Shown here: in pieces, positions 26,781 to 27,638 of the stretch
Layout: each line of letters starts with the position of its first letter
Position numbering within the stretch: the stretch's first letter is position 1
NCBI GenBank assembly: GCA_046485285.1
Contig: JAWOHE010000013.1
Span: forward strand, 1 to 27,638
Reading direction: 5' to 3'
DNA from: a bacterium
GTDB lineage: Bacteria > Hydrothermota > Tepidihabitantia > Tepidihabitantales > Tepidihabitantaceae
Length of the DNA: 27,638 nucleotides
Translations under genes and position numbers: made by a program
The notes under the pieces: generated by a model
The model's input: only the letters and a program-made list of their open reading frames with translations
What the model was told of the DNA's origin: nothing
Database searches by the model: none

Positions 26781-27061
26781 CCCGGTTCTACGCTCGGCAA
26801 CCCGCGCGGACCCCTGCGCGCCAGCACTTCCCGAGCGCCCCGGCTGGCGCCTACCCGGGCGCGTCCCAAGCCGCGATACGGGGACGGAGGTGAGCACAAA
26901 ACGGGTCGGCATCAATTGCCTGGCTCCGACCGGTCCGGTAGTCAGCCGGGTCGTGGGCGGCTACACCCAGAGCACCTGAATCAGCCCGGCCAGTCTGGCC
27001 GCTGGAGCCAGGCCCGGTCCGCGCCGGCCGGGCCCACTGCGCGCCCCACCCCCACCTGCCT

Positions 27062-27580
27062 TCCCCTAGCGGCCCCGGGGACGCCTCCCCTAGCGGCCCC
27101 CGGGACGGCCTCCGGGACGGCCCCGGTAGCGGCTCCCGGGACGGCCCCGGGAACCGTCCCCCCGATATCCCCAGGAGCGGCTCCCCGGACGGCCCCGGGA
27201 GCGGCCTCCGGGACGGTCCCCGGGGTGGCCCCCGGAACCGTCCCGGGGATATCCCCGGGTATACCCCCCGGAGCGCTCCTGACTGCCTCGGACTTACAGG
27301 AGAAGTCGGAAGACACCCCTATCCCCCCCCGCATCCCGGGAGCGGTCCCCCGAGTGGTCCCGGGAGTGGTCCCCGGGACGGCCCCCGGAGCGGCCCCCGG
27401 AGCGGCCCCCGGAGCGGCCCCCGGAGCGGTCCCCGGAGCGGCCCCCGGGACGGCCCCCGGGACCGTCCCCGGAGTGGCTTCCGGGACGGTCCCCGGGGCG
27501 GTCCCCGGGACCATCCCCGGGGCGGTCCCCGGGACCGTCCCGGGGATATCCCCGGGGATATCCCCGGGGATATCCCCCCC
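27062..27580. repeat. Degenerate 12-bp tandem repeat in two blocks
   Basis: Units such as GGAGCGGCCCCC, GGGACGGTCCCC and GGGGATATCCCC, with a unique spacer at about 27279-27330. Confidence 0.9.
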
Positions 27581-27638
27581 TGCCGTCAAAGCTCGGCCGG
27601 TGTGTGACTTACGTTTTGAGGCCCGAAAAGGGGGCTGG

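Noticed and set aside
26748-26915. N-terminal extension of the 922-aa ORF
   Set aside because: It contains the promoter, and the signal peptide begins at about 26747
27062-27580. CRISPR array
   Set aside because: Contiguous 12-bp units without unique spacers, and no cas genes in the window
1-27638. Genome-wide UGA reassignment (genetic code 4 or 25)
   Set aside because: TGA is the natural stop of rpmA, fumarase beta (TGATG overlap), lipA (GTGA overlap) and the barrel (after the terminal Phe), and Trp is encoded by TGG throughout
1-27638. tRNA-Sec, sel genes or other structured RNA genes
   Set aside because: None recognisable by eye in the short intergenic regions; the Sec machinery would have to lie elsewhere in the genome

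Overview
High-GC bacterial DNA, mostly minus-strand genes. The many proteins with T9SS/FlgD-like C-terminal sorting domains suggest an FCB-related lineage such as WOR-3 (inference). From left to right: a partial transposase-like gene, several small hypothetical, VOC and lipid-kinase genes, then an rpmA-MBL-fumarase(alpha,beta)-FrdB-like-FrdA-like operon with no membrane anchor, a redox locus, four secreted beta-propeller proteins and a 12-bp palindromic repeat tract. The main finding is three probable selenoprotein genes that the ORF track splits or misses. Each has an in-frame UGA at the first Cys position of a CxxC motif (UGSC, ULSC, USYC) and a SECIS-like hairpin just downstream. They lie in or beside one apparent operon: Omp28-like(Sec) > TlpA > DUF6029-like beta-barrel > 45-aa membrane UxxC peptide > membrane 4Fe-4S protein > lipA > MFS, followed by a surface Omp28-like(Sec) protein. 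This reads as a candidate selenium-dependent thiol-redox relay across the cell envelope. All family assignments come from motif recognition, not database searches.
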